NCBI GenBank assembly: GCA_964383665.1
Contig: CAYLHO010000003.1
Coordinates: 25,537 to 89,536, forward strand
Direction: 5' to 3'
Source of the DNA: an uncultured Lachnospiraceae bacterium
GTDB lineage: Bacteria > Bacillota > Clostridia > Christensenellales > UBA1242
Length of the DNA stretch: 64,000 nucleotides
A model generated the notes under the pieces. It worked only from the letters and a program-made list of their open reading frames with translations. It made no database searches and was not told where the DNA came from. Position numbers and translations under genes: made by a program. Below are positions 59,819-64,000 of this stretch, in pieces (positions within the stretch are counted from its first letter, which is position 1; every line of letters begins with the position of its first letter).

Positions 59819-60067
59819 ATGAGAAAAACAGGAATAAGTCTTGACGAAATCAAGCAAAAAATTCGTGATTTGAAAGGCGAAACAATTGCAATGGCAATTA
59901 ACCGTGGAAGGAAGAAAATGGATTATTTTAACGCGGTTATTGACAACATCTATCCCAGCGTTTTCACTGTTAAGGTTAGCGCAATTAATCAGCAAAACAC
60001 ACAAACTTTTTCATATTTCGACGTTTTATGCGGCGATGTTGAAATCCAAAAACTCCCAAGTGCTTAA
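59819..60067 (+). CDS. veg: Veg family protein
   Basis: NRGRKK, IYPSVFTV, FSYFDVL; GAGAGG RBS. Confidence 0.9.
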   Translation: MRKTGISLDEIKQKIRDLKGETIAMAINRGRKKMDYFNAVIDNIYPSVFTVKVSAINQQNTQTFSYFDVLCGDVEIQKLPSA

Positions 60068-60070
60068 AAG

Positions 60071-60126
60071 TTATCCACATTTTTTTTGCGAAATAAGTTG
60101 AAATTTGTCGAAAAACTTGGTATAAC
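60071..60126 (+). promoter_or_regulatory. DnaA box, Spo0A box and sigmaA promoter
   Basis: TTATCCACA 60071-60079; TTGAAA-17-TATAAC 60098-60126; TGTCGAA 60106-60112 in the spacer. Confidence 0.6.
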
Positions 60127-60132
60127 TTGTTC

Positions 60133-60738
60133 GTGCTTGCGCGAAGAAAATGCATTGTAATTTTAATTTTCACGTTGCCAATATTCTTATTGGCAATTTT
60201 ATTTGTAACAGGCTGTTCAAATTTGGACGCTTCGCAAAGCGAAGAAATTGGAACAAATCATGCAACTTTAATGCCCGATGATAAAAATTCAAAAGATGAC
60301 GAATCGAATGAGAAGATAAATTCGGAGGAAGAAAACGAAAAACCGAAGGATAACACTTTTGCGATTAAGCCAGCTCCAAGTTTGCCAAAGCCAGAAGAGG
60401 AAAGCACAAGCAATAATGAAGAAATAAACTCGAAAAATTACAAGATTAACATAACAACATTTGAAGAGAAATTTTCTTACAGTTTTAATGAAAATGTTAT
60501 CTTCAAGGACTTTGACGAAGAAAACAACGCAATTTATTTCCGCTTTGAACTTTTGGAGAATGGAAACAGAGTTAGCGGAACACGTTTTGAAATTTTGGTT
60601 GACTGCGAAAGTGTTGATTACGATTTGGTGAATTATAATTCCGTCTATCTTATGCTTTCAGAGGCAAAGGATTTTAATTTAACAATCAAAGTTGTTGATG
60701 AGGATATCTCAACAAAAATTCATGTTGAAGTTTCATAG
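60133..60738 (+). CDS. Lipoprotein of unknown function
   Basis: Basic N-terminus, hydrophobic core, VTGC lipobox; GTG start 6 nt after the -10. Confidence 0.75.
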   Translation: MLARRKCIVILIFTLPIFLLAILFVTGCSNLDASQSEEIGTNHATLMPDDKNSKDDESNEKINSEEENEKPKDNTFAIKPAPSLPKPEEESTSNNEEINSKNYKINITTFEEKFSYSFNENVIFKDFDEENNAIYFRFELLENGNRVSGTRFEILVDCESVDYDLVNYNSVYLMLSEAKDFNLTIKVVDEDISTKIHVEVS

Positions 60739-60800
60739 AAAAATTGTGTTAAAAAATTTAAATGTGTGCTATACTTTTGTTATATATAAAAGGAAACAAA

Positions 60801-62141
60801 GTGGAAGAAAAAACAATTTGTGCAATTTCAACGCCTCTTGGCAACAGCGCAATTTCAATTATCAGAATGAGCGGAAGCAAAGCAATTTCAATTGCTAAAC
60901 TTTTTTTTGCTTCGAAAAGTTTGGATTTTAACAACATTGAGCCAAGAAAAATGTATCTTGGAACTTTTTCTTATGGTTCAATTAAAGAAAGATGTTTAAT
61001 GGTGTTTTTTAAAGCGCCTTTTTCCTACACCGGCGAGGACCTTGTTGAATTTCAAATTCACGGGGGCGAGTTTTTGGCAAAACAAATTCTTTCGGCATTA
61101 AGCGAAAAATGCTCTCTTGCTTCTCCTGGAGAATTTTCAAAACGTGCGTTCCTTAACGGGAAAATTTCCCTTGACGAGGCAGAAGGAATTATTGATGTTA
61201 TAAACGCGGAAAGCGAGGCGGAACTTGCAAGTGCCTATAATCTTTCAACAGGAAAATTCAACCAAAAAATTGTTGAGTTTCAAAACCAAATAACCGAAAC
61301 GCTTGCAAAAATTGAGGTTGCTCTCGACTATCCAGAACATGACGAGGAACTTATAACAACCGAAGAAGCGAGAAAAACTCTTGTTGAAATTTCCAACCAA
61401 CTTTCTGTTCTTATTGAAAACTCCGCAAGCGGACAAAAACTTAAGAGCGGGGTTAACATTGCAATTGTTGGAAGCCCGAACGTTGGGAAGTCGAGTTTGC
61501 TTAATGCTTTTTTAGGGCAAGAAAGAGCAATTGTTAGTTCAACCGCCGGAACAACGCGCGACACAATTTGCGAAACAATTGTTTATAAAGGAATTAAATT
61601 TAATTTAACCGACACCGCTGGGATTCGCGAACAAGGCGACGAAATTGAGAAAATTGGAATTGAAAGAGCAAAGCAAGAAATTGAGCGAGCGGATTTAATC
61701 TTATTTGTTTGCGATCTTTCAAGAGAACTAACAGCCGACGAAATTGGTATGCTTAAATCGCTTGATAGCAAGAAAACACTTGTTGTTGGAAATAAAATCG
61801 ACATTTCAAAACCTTTTGAAATTCATGGGTTTGAAGCGGTTAACATAAGCGCAAAAAATAGCGAAAACATTGAAACTCTTCTTGAAAAAGTTTATAATCG
61901 AACCGTTGAAAACAAAATTGACCTTTCAAAAATTGTCTTAACGAACTTAAGGCATATCAACGTTTTGAAAGAAGCGCAAAAACTTTCGCAAGAAGTTTTG
62001 GAAAACTTAAACACAATGTCGCTTGACGTTGTTGCATTTGAAATTAAAAGAGTTTGGAATGAACTTGGGAAGATAACCGGAGAAACCGAAAACGAACAAA
62101 TTATCGATCAAGTCTTTTCAAAGTTCTGTTTGGGGAAATAA
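60801..62141 (+). CDS. mnmE: tRNA modification GTPase MnmE
   Basis: TICAISTP, SYTGED, GSPNVGKSS, GTTRD, DTAG, NKID, FCLGK. Confidence 0.97.
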   Translation: MEEKTICAISTPLGNSAISIIRMSGSKAISIAKLFFASKSLDFNNIEPRKMYLGTFSYGSIKERCLMVFFKAPFSYTGEDLVEFQIHGGEFLAKQILSALSEKCSLASPGEFSKRAFLNGKISLDEAEGIIDVINAESEAELASAYNLSTGKFNQKIVEFQNQITETLAKIEVALDYPEHDEELITTEEARKTLVEISNQLSVLIENSASGQKLKSGVNIAIVGSPNVGKSSLLNAFLGQERAIVSSTAGTTRDTICETIVYKGIKFNLTDTAGIREQGDEIEKIGIERAKQEIERADLILFVCDLSRELTADEIGMLKSLDSKKTLVVGNKIDISKPFEIHGFEAVNISAKNSENIETLLEKVYNRTVENKIDLSKIVLTNLRHINVLKEAQKLSQEVLENLNTMSLDVVAFEIKRVWNELGKITGETENEQIIDQVFSKFCLGK

Positions 62142-63997
62142 TGGAAAAAGAATTTGATAGTGTTGTTATTGGTGCAGGGCATGCGGGCTGCGAAGCAGCT
62201 CTTTCTCTAGCGCGCCTTGGCAAAAAGGTTTTGTTAACTTGCCTTAATTTGGATTCGGTTGCGTTTCTTGCTTGCAATCCATCAATTGGCGGAACGGCAA
62301 AAGGCCACTTGGTTTGCGAAATTGATGCTCTCGGCGGCGAAATGGGGGTTAATGCCGATGAAACTGCAATTCAAATTAGAATGTTGAACGAGGGAAAAGG
62401 CCCAGCCGTCCACAGCCTTCGCGCGCAAGTTGATAAAATTAATTACCACGCAAGAATGAAAAAAGTTTTGGAAGAAAGTCCGAATATTTATCTAAAACAA
62501 GCCGAAATTGTTGAAATTTTAGCAAAAAACAACAAAATTTGCGGAGTTCGAACCGCTTTAGGCGAAATTTTTAAATGCAAAACTGTTGTTGTTGCAACTG
62601 GAGTTTATCTTAAAAGCAGAATTATAATTGGCGAATTCACGCAAAATGTTGGGCCAAATGGCTTTGCAAGCGCAAACGGTCTTACTCAAAGTTTGATTGA
62701 CCTTGGAATAACAATTCGTCGCTTCAAAACTGGAACCCCGGCAAGAATTAATGGAAGAACAATTGATTTTTCAGCCCTTGAAAAACAAGCTGGCGAGGAA
62801 AACATCGGTTTTTCTAACATGTCAACAAACACAACAAAGAATGTTGCATATTGCTATGAAACTTTCACAAATGAGAAAACTCATGAGATAATTCGAAATA
62901 ATTTGGACAGAGCGCCAATGTTCAGCGGAACAATTGTTGGCGTTGGTCCAAGATATTGCCCTTCAATTGAGGACAAAATTGTTCGTTTCCCAAACAGGGA
63001 ACGACACCAGATTTTTTTAGAGCCCGAAGCGCTTTCAACAAATGAAATTTATGTTCAAGGCGTAAGCACTTCCCTTCCTGCTGATGTTCAAAATGAACTT
63101 TATGCAAGCATAAAAGGGCTTGAAAATGCCGAAATAATGAGGAACGCTTATGCAATTGAATATGATTGCATCGACAGTCTTGAACTTAAACCATCTCTTG
63201 AAAGTAAAAAAATTGATGGGCTTTTCTTTGCTGGACAAGTTAACGGAACAAGCGGGTATGAGGAAGCGGCTGCTCAAGGATTGATTGCTGGGATTAATGC
63301 AAATCAAAAAATGGATGAAAAAGAGTCGTTAATCTTAAAACGCAACGAGGCGTATATTGGAGTTTTGATTGATGACCTTGTAACAAAAGGAACAAATGAA
63401 CCATACAGAATGATGACAAGCCGTGCGGAGTTTCGCCTTGTTTTAAGACAGGATAATGCCGATCAAAGGCTAACTCCAATTGGGAAAGAGCTTGGAATTG
63501 TTTCAGATGAAAAATGGAAAAAATTTGAGAAAAAACAAGAAAAATTGCAAAAAATGCGCGAAAAATTGAATAAATTAATAAAATTAGACGAAAAATTAAT
63601 TAATTTCTTAAAAATTAATAATGAAAGCGTTCCTGTTAATTCAATGAAGGCGGTTGAAATTTTAAAGAGAAATAATATTGATATTTTTAAATTAAATTCC
63701 GAATTTAATTTATTTGAAGATGATGAAAAAGCCCTTATGGAAACCCTTAATGTTGAAATAAAATATGAGGGATACATTAAACAACAAAATGACGAAATTG
63801 AAAAATTAAAGATGCAAGAAAAAACCGCTCTCCCAGTAAATTTCGATTACACACAAATTAAAGGGCTTCGAATTGAGGCAATTCAAAAACTCAATAAAAT
63901 TCAACCAGAGACGCTTGGGCAAGCTTCAAGAATTTCTGGTGTTTCCCCTGCAGATATAACAGTTCTTTCAATTTATTTAAAGGCGAAAAAAAGATGA
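62141..63997 (+). CDS. mnmG: tRNA uridine-5-carboxymethylaminomethyl enzyme MnmG (GidA)
   Basis: GAGHAGCEAA, CNPSIGG, GPRYCPSIEDK, GYEEAAAQG. Confidence 0.98.
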   Translation: MEKEFDSVVIGAGHAGCEAALSLARLGKKVLLTCLNLDSVAFLACNPSIGGTAKGHLVCEIDALGGEMGVNADETAIQIRMLNEGKGPAVHSLRAQVDKINYHARMKKVLEESPNIYLKQAEIVEILAKNNKICGVRTALGEIFKCKTVVVATGVYLKSRIIIGEFTQNVGPNGFASANGLTQSLIDLGITIRRFKTGTPARINGRTIDFSALEKQAGEENIGFSNMSTNTTKNVAYCYETFTNEKTHEIIRNNLDRAPMFSGTIVGVGPRYCPSIEDKIVRFPNRERHQIFLEPEALSTNEIYVQGVSTSLPADVQNELYASIKGLENAEIMRNAYAIEYDCIDSLELKPSLESKKIDGLFFAGQVNGTSGYEEAAAQGLIAGINANQKMDEKESLILKRNEAYIGVLIDDLVTKGTNEPYRMMTSRAEFRLVLRQDNADQRLTPIGKELGIVSDEKWKKFEKKQEKLQKMREKLNKLIKLDEKLINFLKINNESVPVNSMKAVEILKRNNIDIFKLNSEFNLFEDDEKALMETLNVEIKYEGYIKQQNDEIEKLKMQEKTALPVNFDYTQIKGLRIEAIQKLNKIQPETLGQASRISGVSPADITVLSIYLKAKKR

Positions 63998-64000
63998 AAA

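Overview
AT-rich chromosomal window from a spore-forming Firmicute. The gene content (spo0A, yabPQ, a SipL-like gene, spoVD/ftsI, veg) suggests a streamlined Clostridia-class gut lineage; that taxonomy is inference only. The window spans the replication-origin region (jag-yidC-yidD-rnpA-rpmH <> dnaA ... dnaN, with mnmE-mnmG displaced about 29 kb), translation and envelope housekeeping genes, groESL, several very large surface proteins, one tRNA-Ser and a small accessory block at the left edge. No rRNA, CRISPR array, transposase or integrase was seen. Highlights: (1) the canonical polC locus carries a 503-aa PolC derivative that keeps the N-terminal, OB and intact 3'-5' exonuclease domains plus a beta-clamp-type motif but lacks both PHP halves and the polymerase, a candidate stand-alone proofreader; (2) only about 42% of genes are co-directional around the putative oriC; (3) the unwinding module lies upstream of dnaN, is separated from dnaA by three genes, and is flanked by tandem NrdR-like boxes; (4) many apparently leaderless genes; (5) small genes missing from the ORF track: rpmH, a gamma-SASP-like peptide, a DUF1540-like protein and a mini-YolD; (6) a cytoplasmic LRR protein with a Cys-motif GNAT/PcfJ-like C-terminal domain. 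All family assignments come from motif recognition by eye, with no database search.
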